Source of the DNA: Octopus bimaculoides
Taxonomy: Eukaryota
Assembly: GCF_001194135.2 (NCBI RefSeq)
Contig: NC_068985.1
Location: 73,635,128-73,699,127 of the forward strand
Length of the DNA: 64,000 nucleotides
Direction of reading: 5' to 3'
This document shows positions 10,788 through 24,454 of the stretch, piece after piece (position 1 is the first letter of the stretch; each line of letters opens with the position of its first letter). Position numbers and translations under genes: made by a program. The notes beneath the pieces are model-generated. The model searched no databases, was not told where the DNA came from, and worked only from the letters and a program-made list of their open reading frames with translations.

Positions 10788-11344
10788 TGGAGAATAAATG
10801 GATGTAATTACTGATTTATTTGGACTTTTTCTAGAAAAATGACATTTAAAAAAACATTACAAATGAATTGAAAGTTGAAAGCTCATAAAAGTTAAGAAAA
10901 AACGAAAGAAATACCTACATCTATATTTCTGTCTAAACCAATAAGTGGATAGGAGTTTCCAAACATGTTGTTTAATGTCAAGAAAATTGCAACGTTCATA
11001 ACATTTTATTGTTGGACTTCTTCAGGGTTCAAAAAGAACTATCTCCACTTAGGTAATCATTATATCTTTTTTTGCTCTTTTTTTTCTTACCTAAGTGGTG
11101 TTAGATCTTTTTGAACCATAAAATAGTATGAATGCGGCAATTGTCTTGACATTAAACAACATGTTTGGAAACACCTGTCTACTTATTGGTTGTGACAGAA
11201 ACATATATGTAGGTTCTTCTTACGATTATTCTTAACTTTCTTGAGCTTTCAACTCACAATTTAGTTGTAATGTTTTTTTAAAAAAAAAACGGCACCTTCA
11301 TACAACATGTAAATAAATCAGTAATTACATCACTTTATTCTCCA
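10788..11344. mobile_element. Foldback / long-TIR MITE-like palindrome
   Basis: Arm 10788-11056 is the reverse complement of 11087-11344 (roughly 80% identical by eye, with indels), separated by a 30-nt T-rich loop. Confidence 0.85.
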
Positions 11345-11799
11345 TCTTCTCTCTCTCTCTCTCTCTCTCACTCTCTCTCTCTCTCTCTCTCNNNNNNNNN
11401 NNNNNNNNNNNNNNNNNNNNNNNNNNNNNNNNNNNNNNNNNNNNNNNNNNNNNNNNNNNNNNNNNNNNNNNNNNNNNNNNNNNNNNNNNNNNNNNNNNNN
11501 NNNNNNNNNNNNNNNNNNNNNNNNNNNNNNNNNNNNNNNNNNNNNNNNNNNNNNNNNNNNNNNNNNNNNNNNNNNNNNNNNNNNNNNNNNNNNNNNNNNN
11601 NNNNNNNNNNNNNNNNNNNNNNNNNNNNNNNNNNNNNNNNNNNNNNNNNNNNNNNNNNNNNNNNNNNNNNNNNNNNNNNNNNNNNNNNNNNNNNNNNNNN
11701 NNNNNNNNNNNNNNNNNNNNNNNNNNNNNNNNNNNNNNNNNNNNNNNNNNNNNNNNNNNNNNNNNNNNNNNNNNNNNNNNNNNNNNNNNNNNNNNNNNN

Positions 11800-11868
<69 letters not shown>

Positions 11869-12578
11869 CGAGAGAGAGGAAGTGAAAGATATATAGAAAG
11901 ATAAATGGACAGATTTTCAGCAGGAGCTTATTTAGAAAAAGGGAGCAGAAAAAAGTTGTTGTTGTGAGGATACACCGAGACAGAAAGAAAGAGGGAGAGA
12001 GAGAAATAGAGAGGCGGGAGAGACAGAAAGGAGAGGGAGAATGTTAAAGATAGAATTAAAATTAGTTTCAAGCTGAAAAAAATTAAACAGATTGCTGTTG
12101 AGCACATCAATGTGATTTATGTGTATGTATTTATATGCATGCTTTTACATAAGGTTTATGCACGCGTGAAATATATTATATGAAACAGTGTATATACACA
12201 CACATACACGCACATATATATATATATATATGTGTGTGTGTGTCTGAGTGTGTGTGTGTGCGTGTGTGCGTGCGTGTGTATGATTGTGTGTGTGTGTAAA
12301 TTACAGGATTCTAGTGAATCCGATACTGAGATGTTAAAGCACCAAGCTCGGGTCGGTGATATGTACAAACAATATTGGAAGATAAATACGTACTTACTAA
12401 TGTAAACACAGCTTTATACTCCGGTTGTGCGTACAGTTACATATGGCCGACTGAAAATAATGCGTATCCTCAAAGTCGCGCATGGTTGCAACATTGAACC
12501 CATTGTACTTTACACAGTAGACTCCTGCTCCAAGCAAATTGCAGGTTCCGAGTAAGGTAATTGGTCAACAAATAACAA

Positions 12579-12732
12579 CTGGCTACGTGGTAAAAACCTT
12601 GCTTCCCAATCACATGGTTCTGGTTTCAGTCTCACTTCATGGCACTTTCAGCTAGTGTCTTTTACTATAGCCTCGGGTCAGCCAGAGCCACGTAAGTGGT
12701 TTTGGTAGACGTTAACTGAATGATACCCGTTG

Positions 12733-12809
<77 letters not shown>

Positions 12810-13030
12810 TGGTTGTGTCTTTGTGACTGTGTTCGTAACTCCATTACCACTTAACACCTGGTGTTATGTGCCTGTAATACAGCGGGTCGTCAAAAGTAAT
12901 CGATAAAATAAGTACCACGCTCAACTAAAATAAGCAATGCAGTTGATGTGTTCGATTAAGGTCTTCAAGGCGGAGCTCCGGCATGGCTTCTGTCGAATGC
13001 CTGGAACAAGTAAATGAACAAAATAATAAA
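12579..13030 (+). mobile_element. SINE family A, diverged near-complete copy with central (TC)n(TA)n
   Basis: Both halves are recognisable (CACATGGTTCTGG...ACTATAGCCTCGGG; ...GATAAAATAAGTACC...AGGCGGAGCTCCGGCATGGC). Confidence 0.75.
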
Positions 13031-14194
13031 AGGCTATATGTATCAGTGCCTATGTAATTTTCTTGTACATGTGTTAGGAACTGCGTGAGACTATAGACTG
13101 GCGTAGACCTTTTGAATGTAATACTGCTGTTTTAAATGCGAAGTGCCCAAGCATGTAAATATGCATGTGAAAATGTATAGCTGCGTGTAGCAATGTTCGT
13201 CCTTGTGACTCTTCGTGCGTCAAAATTTCTTTGCACCTATGAATGATTATATTTTCATATGATTATACACGTGTATGTTCGGATGTTATAACGGAACTTT
13301 ATTAGTCCTTTCCTTGTACCGACCTAGTTATATTGAAGCTGCCGACATATTTTGTAATGTACAATCTACAGATTGATTGATTACAATCTCTGATGCAGCG
13401 GGGGTGGAGTGGACAGCCAAACTGATGTTGACGTTTTATTAGATCGTAACCGATAACATAAAATAAAAAAAAATCTGTACGTTCTATCACTCAAGTAGAA
13501 AAAAAAAAGTGAAAACAATTGGGAACAACTAAAAACGGAAAGTAAAATGAATTAACTGGCTAGAATTATGTGAATAGAATAAGCGAAAAAGTGGAAAATA
13601 TTAAAATATAGCTGAGTAAAGTAAATGAATGAATTCTAATTTATTCTAAGGTACTTTAATCAAATGCAGTAAGGAAAATTGGTGAGAGACGTCGGTGGAA
13701 CTAACGGCTAAAATGATATATTTACTGTTGGATAAGATTTCTTTACACAGGCAAACAGTCTGAGATTTTTCTATGAGAACTACACAAGATGTAACTTATG
13801 ACATTCACATACTGTCTCAAAATATCAGATATGCATAAATGGCAGCTTATGTACAACGAAGCTGTACTGCAACTTCAGTTCACTAACGTGCATTTGGAAG
13901 CTTGAGATGAGGAGAATTGTGTAGATACCTGGAGAGATATACTTGCGACAAGGCGAGAACTGCCGAGCGTCGAGCTTAACGATTAATGTGAAGCCTGAGT
14001 TCTATGGGAGTGCAAGAGACAAGGGGACATAAACTCAGCCGACCCTAAAGAGTAGATTCCATTAAATTAATGTTAGAAAAGCAGAAATGGGAGACAGCGT
14101 ACCCCTGGTTCGGCGACCGGGGATTTTTTGTGAATGACTTCTGCCACTCAGATTTTCTGGGTACTTTCCCCGATGTTGTTAAGGTTGTTAAGGT

Positions 14195-14365
14195 TCTCTT
14201 TACAGATTTTCTATAGATATTTTAACCAGCACTATTATTGTTATACGCCCACCACTCATTTTCGTCTTCGAACTCATTGTTATTTTAGTTAGGCGTTGCG
14301 GATGCGACACGTGATAACAAAATCACTGCTGGGTATAATTTCTATAGAAAATCTGTAGACAGAGA
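14195..14365. repeat. Short inverted repeat / MITE-like hairpin
   Basis: TCTCTTTACAGATTTTCTATAGA...TTGTTATACG (14195-14247) pairs with CGTGATAACAA...TCTATAGAAAATCTGTAGACAGAGA (14310-14365). Confidence 0.8.
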
Positions 14366-14851
14366 TTTAGCGAGTATAACAGCAAAGAGTCGAAGGAATG
14401 AAGATCATAATATCATATATTAAAGAGCAGGACCGTTTCCACAAGAAATTGAAAGATTTCATCAGTTTAGCCATTGGTTTGTTCTTAGAAACAGATTATG
14501 AAATTCCATAAGGTAATTATTTACTAAATAGGCTAGGTTATTCTTTCATGTAATGTTGCCGGAAATGACGAAATTGAACTGGGTTTCTGTGAGATTCTAA
14601 GATCGACCATAAATGCACAGTGCCTTCATCCGCCCACTGTTACTTTATTTCAGAGACCCCAGATGAATGAAAGACGATATTGGCCTTAGTAGGCTTTAAG
14701 CAATGCAGTGAGCCCAACTCGCTATTCTGACAATCAACCACCATAATTTTTAAAATATTAATGATAGCAAAAATAACTTTTATTCTTTTCCTAAGAAGTC
14801 ACACTTTTGATTAACAGATTTCATGATTTCAGCAATCAAGTCTGGCCTATT

Positions 14852-15229
14852 TCACCACATCATCTCCTTTATCATGATAGTATTTGTTTTAATCTCTCTT
14901 AAGGTAATCATCAGATCAAGTGGGATAGCTTTTCCAATTGTAATTACAATACGTTCGAGGTACTCTATGAAAGGGTATCCCTCTTTCAGAGGAGTATCTA
15001 ACTGATGGTTTACATCAAGATTATTAGGTTCAGATTTATATGACCTATCTTGTGCTAGAGCAAGCCAACTTTCGTATTCAGGGCTATCATCCCGTTCTTG
15101 TACTGTTGGCACTAGGAATGAGGTAATGCAGTAATTTAACTCTAAGCTCAGAATTGCAGCCCGTGACGCTCTGCTAAGAGCGGCAACAGCTTCTATAAAC
15201 TTCTTATCTGCGGCCTGCTCTCGTTCGTA
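14852..15229 (-). pseudogene. Possible LTR-retrotransposon gag-like remnant
   Basis: 125 open codons YEREQAADKKFIEAVAALSRASRAAIL...PLKEGYPFIEYLERIVITIGKAIP. The KEG..EYLERI stretch loosely resembles the gag Q.EGE...Y..RL motif. Confidence 0.3.
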
Positions 15230-15839
15230 TTATTGTCTGCACTACAGCTTTTCACCGTTCTTTCTTTCTACCTGCTATTCGACAGATGGGCTTAAGTAGT
15301 TTGTATTAGCACACATGTACTAAATAAACATTCTGCTCTGCATCTTGCCTTATTCACCTATTTTTTATGGTATAGATTTTCCATCTTCGAGGTCATCAAC
15401 TCCTGAAGGTCCATGCAGGTCCTACCGCACAATATTTTATTGCAATTCACTTTCACATTCACTACATTTTTTTTGTACAAAAAACAAAACAAAAGATTGC
15501 TAATCATCAGCGCTTATGATAATGTCTTTGAACAGGATTCTCATGTCATGAACGACCTTCCACAAGCTGTCATAGTTAGCATCAGTGCTTATTGGATTAA
15601 CAAGAAACGGTATGCTGAAATACAGTGGACAACCTCTTTTCTGGCGCCAATAAAAACGATTTCTATATTCTTTAATAGTGGGTAAAGGTGTTATAAATAC
15701 AACTTTGCTTAACAGTAACTACAGGTGAGAAAGGGAAACAAAGAAAGAACAGAAACGAGAAATGTTGAATTGTTGAAAAGAGGAATACTAAAGAGAGGGA
15801 GAGAGAGAGAGAGAGAGNNNNNNNNNNGAATACTAAAGA

Positions 15840-15879
<40 letters not shown>

Positions 15880-16084
15880 CAGAGAAAATCTACATTATTA
15901 AAAAGAGTAAGAAGGCGTAGAAGATCTATATAATTCTGCATTTGTGTGATAAAAATTCAGGCACAATCGAAATGTTTAACATAATGAAAAAATTTCATGA
16001 AGACATTGATATATTTATAGACCTATTAAATTAAAGTGAAACAACAATAACTGTGGAAGTTACTCTTATCCTTTACGTGTTCGA

Positions 16085-16960
16085 ATCCAAAACATGTAGT
16101 TCTGTTATCAATTCTGTTCTTCACATAATTTGTCCTGAATGCTTGTTTTTGTGCAGCTCATATAAATACTTTTGTATCTGTATCCAAGACACTCCACCGC
16201 ATCCATAACCACCGACCTTCTGTACCTGACTCTCTGCACGTATCTCTTGCAATCTGGGCGTACATTTTTTTCTCCTTTCGATGCCATTTCCTTTTCCGTG
16301 CATGCTTCTTTAACTTTCTCTTTCTCAACACCATTATTAGTATTTTGATACCGGATTTCTCTACATGTATCAACATTGATTTCAGATTTTTTACATACTA
16401 CCGTAAACTGTTTACCTCTGACTCAATACAACCCTGACAATTGATCAAAACCTCTCTCTCTTGTTCTTCTGGACATTTACAAGAATGACTATGGACATCA
16501 CACTTGTGATGAAATGCTCCGTGCAATGTCAACAATTTCTACCACTTCGTGTCCATACGGATGAGCCATTCTTTTGCTAGCTTATGATTCCAAATTCATA
16601 TTTAGTGATGATATCTCCCTTGTATTTACTGCTTGGAATTTATTCCATCCAGGTTATTTTGAGCGCAACGCCTGTCATAGTCTTAAGAAATACACTTCAG
16701 TTGTTCTTTCATTTCCTTCCCCATGATTTCATTGAACTCTAGAATGCTATATCCCTTCTTTTTCAATTTGTTTTATTACTCCCCTATTTGGTAATTTTCT
16801 CTGTGCCATGGACTGTACTTTGCCATTTTCAGACTCATTACATCACACTTCTTGTGCCAGAATTCCGTCTTAATATCAGTACTGAAACAGTTGACAGTGT
16901 TCACCAAGACACTTCATTCTTGACATACAGCTTCAAATCAGTCATCCTTCCTTTGTTCCG
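16085..16960 (-). mobile_element. R4/Dong-like LINE fragment (end of RT to pre-zinc knuckle)
   Basis: DLKLYVKNE..LVNTVNCFSTDIKTEF..KKC, later KMYAQIAR...WLW.....FI.AAQKQAFRTNYVK..ID; heavily frameshifted. Confidence 0.8.
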
Positions 16961-17309
16961 AACAAGATACAAAGCAATGGCAATAAACCTGAAAGGGACC
17001 CATAATTTGAGAACCAGCATCACTGCCCTGCACCTTGCCGACACAGTAAAGTATTTTGTTGGGTGTACTTACAACTCATCCAGCTTGTCGCCTTTTGACT
17101 GGGCGATAATACAAATGTATTGTTGCTAATTTCTTCTAAATAATATAATTTTCATGTACTGCAAAATATTAGATAATGCTGAGGAGGAAATAATACTTCA
17201 TTGGGATGTGAATACAGAAAGCTCTTTCCTTGCATAGAAAATAAAAATTATCATTCCTTTAACACAGAATCGTTTTTTGCAACGGTCAATATCATTAGCC
17301 TCAATTTTT

Positions 17310-17450
17310 CCGTTTTTACGGTCTGAGTTTAAATTCCCGCGAGGTAGATTTTACCTTTCATTCTTTGGGGGTTGATAAAATAAGTCCCAGTTGGGTCCAT
17401 TGGTCGATGTTATCGACTAGTATCTCGCAAATATTTCAGGCTTTCGACCC
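17310..17450 (+). mobile_element. SINE family C fragment
   Basis: TCTGAGTTTAAATTCCCGCGAGGTAGATTTTACCTTTCATTCTTTGGGGGTTGATAAAATAAGT matches the copies at 20150-20387, 49345-49500 and 53625-53775. Confidence 0.65.
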
Positions 17451-17825
17451 AAACTAGCGGTGACTTCTTTTATAAAGTACCATACAAGTGAAACTAGATT
17501 AATATAACATGTTCAGAATATTTTCGCTGAATTAAGGAATGGCAGGATAAGAGATTAATATATAATGCTCCCCAGAACAGAAAGTGTGGTAAGTGTCGTA
17601 TTTCTCATTGCGGCAGGTATTTTAATAAAGATAAACATTCAATTGTTTTGCAAAATGAAATCATACATTGGCAGAGAACACAGTGCGGTGAAGCGATAGA
17701 AATCAAGTCAAATAATATTGATGGATAAACTGAATAACTAAATAAATGAATGAAGCATAAATTAAGAGATTGCAGTAAACTACACTGACACTACATTTGC
17801 ATAGAATTAGTATATATATGTATGC

Positions 17826-17858
<33 letters not shown>

Positions 17859-17992
17859 NNNNNNNNNNNNNNNNNNNNNNNNNNNNNNNNNNNNNNNNNN
17901 NNNNACACATACATATATGCATATATATTTATATATATATAAGTATACATACATATATATACTTGGTATATATAGGTGTGTGTGTTTGTTTG

Positions 17993-18024
<32 letters not shown>

Positions 18025-19171
18025 CAGATTGAGTAGAAATACAATATTCAGAAGAGTATTTGGTCAGAAACGAAGCCGTAAATGTCCTGCCTCTATTGCG
18101 TCAAAAGTGGAAGATCACATCGAAAATGTTAAATCTAAAATAATTTCTTAGAGATTATTGTCAAAGGGAAAAAACAGAACATACTGCCATGATTAGAAAC
18201 ACACAGCTGATGCAAATATTTATGTTTCATGAAAACATGAACAAACGCCGCTGTACATATAAACATAGACGTACACCTGCTTTTGTCATATACAAACATT
18301 TGTTTAGACGAATATATTTAATAACTGTGAATGTTTAAAAGGCTTCGTCGATGAAACTGATTTCAAACTAATCGACAAATAGAGATTTCTCATATTAGCA
18401 ATATTTTCTATTTTTTACCAAATTCAGCCAATGGATTGGTGTAGGTCTTGTAACTTATTTGTTGTTTATGCTATTAAACATTTAAACAATGAGCACTCTG
18501 CGTCCTCTTTCAGTCCCGATTTACTTTCTCAAGGTTTATAGTATCTAGGACTACTTCTATGCTGACTTAGTCTATCAATTTTTTAGACCCTCCCATCTAT
18601 TTCAGGCTAGTAAGTGTACCTGTCCTTTGGATGGTTTAAGTTGCGAACATTTTTATGAGTCGCACGGCAATCTACAGTTCCGATTAATATAGGTTGACCT
18701 TGTTTTAGTAAATTTCTACAAGTACACCCGAACGGTTTTCACAGAATAAAAAAAAAAAACTACGATATTCGCGTGGAATCAACTCGCCTGACCTCCTACG
18801 TTCCCATAAAGCCCTTGTTTTGGTTGTCCGAAAAAAGGGAGGGCGGTGTGGGTGTATCCCACCTGTCTCTGAATCTTTGGAATTTTTTGTTTTCGTAGAA
18901 TGAATTACGGTGAGCTCCTAATATGCCACAAAACCCATTTTTTTGTCCGGAAAACCATATTTTTGCCCGGAACCCTTGGAAATCCACCCCCCAGAGTAGG
19001 GAAAAATGTACAGCGTTCATGAATGAAAAGATCGTTACATGCTGTGGAACATATGATAGAATTTCGATATAGCAAAAATCTTTAGAAACTCTTTCAACAC
19101 AATAGCACAATTAAAGCAATACACAATACTTATTCTACGTAATTGTCCCTCAATAAAGAACACAACTATCG

Positions 19172-19199
19172 TTCTTCTTCCACTTCTTCTTCTTCCACT

Positions 19200-19231
<32 letters not shown>

Positions 19232-19335
19232 TTGTTCTTGTTCTTCTTCTTCTTCTTCTTCTTCTTCTTCGTCGTCGTCTTCTTCTTTTTCTTCTTCTTC
19301 TTCTTCTTCTTCTTCTTCTTCTTCTTCTTCTTCTT

Positions 19336-19365
<30 letters not shown>
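19172..19365. repeat. (CTT)n trinucleotide microsatellite
   Basis: Direct sequence; explains the poly-R/K/S/F ORFs here. Confidence 0.95.
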
Positions 19366-19366
<1 letters not shown>

Positions 19367-19689
19367 TGCTTCTCACAAATAAACCTCAGAGCTAATGATT
19401 CAGGTACAACCGAAGAGGAGATCAAGCTTTGGTTGTCACATATTAGCTAATAAAACAAGAATCTGGAAGCAATAATTCCTAGAAGAAGGAAAGTAAATGT
19501 AAAAAATTTTGTGGGATTATGTATTAGAATCAGTGTTATGGGAAGGAAATAGATCCCCCGACAAAAAACAAAATAAAAATAAAAATTTGAAAAAAACAAC
19601 CAAAACTAAAAGGTAATAGAAAATGAAAAAAGAATAAATTAGTTTAACATTTGGATATAAAACTTTCGAAATACGTGTGAATGTAATTT

Positions 19690-20660
19690 TCTACTCTAGT
19701 CACAAGGCCCGAAATTTATGGGAAGGGAGAAGTCGATTAAATCGACCCCAGTACGCAACAGGTTCTTAATTTTTCAACCTCGAAAGGATGAAAGGCAAGT
19801 CGACCTCGGTGGAATTTGTCAAACATATTGCCTAATATATGATCGGGAAAATAATATAATACTAAAAGCTTTCGATTTCAACATGCGGGATGTGAGGGTA
19901 TAAAAAGAAAACAATGCTAATATTTCTGCGATCTCACCGCCTTAATACGTGTGGATGTTCTTTCCTACGCTAGGCACAAGGCCCGAAATTTTGAGGGAAG
20001 GGGCCAGTTGACTAGATCGACTTCAGTACGCAACTCGTACTTACTTTATCGACCCCGAAATATGAAGGGCAAAATGAGCCTCGGCGGAATTTTAACTCAA
20101 AACGTAAAGACACAAAATACCGCTAAGCATTTCACCCGGCGTGTTAACGTTCCTTATTTCTTTATTGCCCACAAGAGGTTAAACATAGAGGGGACAAACA
20201 AGGAAAGACAAAGAGATTAAGTCGATTACATGGACCCCAGTACGTAACTGTTACTTAATTTATCGACCCCGAACGGATGAAAAGCAAAGTCGACTTGGCG
20301 GAATATGAACCCAGAACGTAACGGCAGACGAAATACCGCTAAGCATGTGGCCCGGCGTGCTAACGTTTCTACCAGCTCACTGCCTTAAGGGTAAGGCAAA
20401 GGCCGAAACAGCGTAGCACCAATGACGTTGCAACTCATTTCTACTGCTGAGTGGACTAGCGCAATGTGAAATAAAGTGTCTTGCTCAAGAACACGACACG
20501 CAACCCGTTCGCGGAATCGACCTCACAACCTCACGATCGTATTCTCGACGCTCTAACCAGTGAGCCATGCGCCTTCATAATACGTGTGAATATTCTTTTC
20601 TACTCTAGGCACAAGGCTAACGTTTCTGCTAAGCTCGCTGTATTAATACGTGTGAATATT
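19690..20660 (-). mobile_element. Stack of co-oriented SINEs (family C at about 19690-19820, 19963-20150, 20150-20387; family B head 20390-20578; C fragment 20579-20660)
   Basis: Repeated GTCGATT..ATCGACCCCAGTACG and GGATGAAAGGCAAGTCGAC motifs; tRNA-like head GAAGGCGCATGGCTCACTGGTTAGAGCG on minus. Confidence 0.85.
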
Positions 20661-21459
20661 TAGAAAATGTGTGAAGAAGGTAATCTAAGATAAACTACGG
20701 TGTTAACAAAATTTAGCAAACTAAAACGTAACAGTTTTGCGGCAGTACTCGAAAGATTAACTAGCAATGAAACTAATACAAGATTATGTCGTAATTCTCT
20801 AAGAGTAGTGCGCAGTTAGTTAGAAAGATAAGTAGACGCATGGCCGAGAACGGTATTAAGAAAATATATCGGAGGAAACTTTATGAAAATGAATTAGATT
20901 TTCCAAAAATTCTTTAAGCATGATGATCATCATTAATAGACAAAGAGCAGCTGAGGAGAGTTGAGCCACTGAGAAAATAAACGCTCTATTCAAAAAAACA
21001 TAAAGCGTAAGGTGTCTTAGCTTGAACATCAAATATACAATCACGCGCAAACACATTTGTAGCTAAACAGACATTCGCATATGCTCAAATAGTCTTTTTT
21101 ATAGCATTACGCTACTTTGCATACCTTTCTTTTATTGGTACGAAGTGTGTCCATTTCAAGTACAAATATAATTCATGTGTGTGTATCTCATTTTATTATA
21201 CTATATATATNNNNNNNNNNNNNNNNNNNNNNNNNNNNNNNNNNNNNNNNNNNNNNNNNNNNNNNNNNNNNNNNNNNNNNNNNNNNNNNNNNNNNNNNNN
21301 NNNNNNNNGTGTGTGCGTGCATCATGTCTGGATGTATGTATCTGTACATACATATATGCTTGCAGATATTTGTGCTTTCATGAATCTGGGTATATGTTAG
21401 TATGTACGTATGTATGTTTGTATGTATGCGTGTGTGTACGCGCTCACACACACATACAT

Positions 21460-21955
21460 GAGACACGATGTTGTTGTTAAGACGCTGTATAATGAGATCT
21501 CTCCGAAGGATAACCCTAAGACCAAAGAAATAAGAATCCACAGTATGGTGGAAGCCATAGCCACTCATAATAAAAAGGAGTACCGGTGGAATGTCCGAGA
21601 GTAAAGCTCAATAAAATGTAAATATAACAAATTAGAGATAATGATTTGGGATAGAGAAGAGAAACTGTACAGTTGCGGAAATCAGTTACCCAGCGGATGT
21701 TATCATAAAGATAAAGATCAGCGAAAAAGAAATCACATACGCCGAATTGTTGAGAAATCTACAGTTACTCAGCCCATATTACAAGTTCAGGTTTATACAT
21801 GTAATTATTGGGACACTGGGATATGTAACACACTAAGTACCAATCTTGAGAAATTAGGCTTCTTAAAACCAGAAAGGAGTAAGCTGATTCGTGAACTACA
21901 AATCCAGGCCATCACTGGAACTGTAAAAATCTGTAACACTTTTCAGAAGTTTATC
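21460..21955 (+). mobile_element. R4/Dong-like LINE 3' fragment (restriction-like endonuclease domain)
   Basis: RHDVVVKTLYNEI; IMIWDREEK..AEISYPADV..KISEKEITYAELLRNLQ; VIIGTLG; LIRELQIQAITGTVKICNTF. Confidence 0.8.
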
Positions 21956-23387
21956 ATGCACGTGTATATGAGAATGTTTAAACACGCAGCTACATGCATG
22001 AGAATACATACATAAAACAAAACATACAAATCTACACATGTACATCCATCCATCCATCCATACAAAAACACTCTGTTGGTGTTAAGATTCCTGTGAGACA
22101 GTCTTAGATCTAAGTTAGAAACTGACTCTTGCGCATTGGGTTGAAATAAAATTAATAACAACATATATACTTACATACACACAGACGCAGGCACACACAC
22201 GCAGACACACACATACACATACACATATACATACACACCTAAGGTCATATATATATATGTATGTATACACACACACACACATATGTATATATAGATATAT
22301 ACATATATGCGCGTTTGTGAGTGTATGTGTATGTGTGTGTGTGTGTGCAATTCTCTCAAACTGTTTCTGTGTATATGTTTTTTTTTTGTATGAAAATAGT
22401 ATAGAAATGTTCCAGAATATGCAGTAATATACGAGAACTGCAACCTACATCATATTTCAAATGTTATTGGCATCACTACCATGATGGCAGCGCACAAACA
22501 GGAACTAAATTTCTTCAAGTATATACGAAATCGAAAATTTCTTCAAATTCTATAGACAGCCTATATTTTCACCATCATAAAATTGTTAGCTGATAATTGA
22601 TATCTGTATACCTTTGTATACGCTACAGGTTTGTTGTATCTAAATAAAGTGAAACGCTAGGTTCGTAAGTAATTAACAACGACTAGCTGTTTAACTCTTG
22701 TGGCAAAGCCGTTATAACCTGTCATAAATAATCTGTTTTTCTACTTCATTATTTGTATTGTTTACAGTGGCTGGTAAAGTATAAATCATAGTGAGTTAAA
22801 CTGATGTTTTAATGGCTACTGAAGTGGTGTTGCGGTATCACATATTGTTATTTTCTTTGAAGTAACATGAAATTGCGTTAATTTACTAAGATTGGAAGCT
22901 AATTACAATACTGATCTTTAGAAGTATCATTATCATTGCATTCTTCTTAAATCATAATAATTTATTTCTGCTTTTAAACTTTCTTGACTGAGTTTGGTTC
23001 ATCTCTCGATAAAATGCTTTACATATATTATCGTTGATACTGTAAGGTTTAATGTGATTACAATTTACAATGATTGCACACTTAATGAATAACAAATGAA
23101 TTGCCGTCTGTAGTATGTCGTCATAATAATCTCGTTGCAACTATAATAGTAGTTTTTACTAATATGCTAACAAAATTAGAATCTACGGAAAGTGAAAGCT
23201 GATTCTACCTATGTGTTACGCCAACGACATAAGCATAGGCCGATGTACCATATATAAGCGTAATATGACAATAATATCAGAGTGTACATATTTTTGTAGC
23301 TGTGTCGTATGTATTTGACATATCCATTAATATAAGCGAAATACTCTTGCTGGCGCGTTGTTGTAGTAATATCAATTACCAACTAAG

Positions 23388-23700
23388 GCACGTGGCCTAG
23401 TGGTTCGATTCCTTTAGCAGGTGGCATGTTGTTCTTGAGCAAAACGCTCCATTTATTTTACGTTGCTCTAATGCTGTATGTCGACCGGAATGCGCAATAA
23501 TAAATCCACCGTTTCATCTGCGTGTCGTAAAAGGCAATTGAAAGAGGCTGAAGCCGGATTTGCTTTCTGACCCACTAAAACACTCACAAGCAACGTTTAG
23601 CTAAATGGATCTGTAAGTTGTGGGGTTATCGCCTGTATAGTGCTAAAGTGTCATCAGCCTTGGACAGGGAATCACTAACAAATGGGGCATGCAGCGACGT
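23388..23700 (+). mobile_element. Diverged tRNA-headed SINE (family B-like core)
   Basis: GGCACGTGGCCTAGTGGTTCGATTCC...GTTCTTGAGCAAAACGCT...GCGTGTCGTAAAAGGC. Confidence 0.55.
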
Positions 23701-24454
23701 GCCGTTACAGTACAGCATTTTCCTTTTCAATCACTACCTCTTTAAATTGACATTAAGAATAGATTACAACAAAGACAGGTACATACTGGCTGTTAAAGTT
23801 AATAGCTTCAAAATGTTGCTTCGTAAATCTTGGGCCTGGCTGACAGAAAGAGCACTTAATTCTAACAATCATCTGTATATATATTTTTTTCAATATACAA
23901 AGAGTAATATAATGTAGCTTAAAAAATACCATTTGAAAACAAAACAAACTGTTTCATGGAGTTCAGTACTCGTTTCCATAAACATAACTAATTTTAATAA
24001 TTTGAAATTATAAGTTGCTTGTTAAATGGAAATTTGGGAAAAAAATCATGCACTGGAAATCAAGGATGGAACTGAAGTCTTCCGCTGTAAAATTTCGATG
24101 AGCACTCAAAATCTCATTACTTTTCAACGGGAAGTAGTCTCATTCACTGATTACCAGAACGTCTTTGCTCTAAGTGGTCTTATATTGGTGTGTATGTTTC
24201 TGTGTACATACGCGTGTGACTGCGTTTTGAGTATCCTACTTGATGCACTAATCTTGACTTTTAGAGCTTAAGACAGAAAATTAATAATTATTTTAGCATA
24301 ACCTTCATTTATTTATATTACACACACACACATGCACGCGCACACACACAGATACTCACACACACACACACATACGAAGTAATGCTGGTGAATATTTTTC
24401 CTAAGAATTTTATAGAATTCGGTCTGGCATTTTTTATATTAAAATTGAGCCTCA

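Noticed and set aside
18343-18385. Hammerhead-like CGATGA...CAAACTAATC (and a similar one at 60150-60190 minus)
   Set aside because: Three or more core mismatches and poor stems; not distinguishable from chance.
19035-19450. Poly-Arg/Lys/Ser/Phe proteins
   Set aside because: Translations of a (CTT)n microsatellite.
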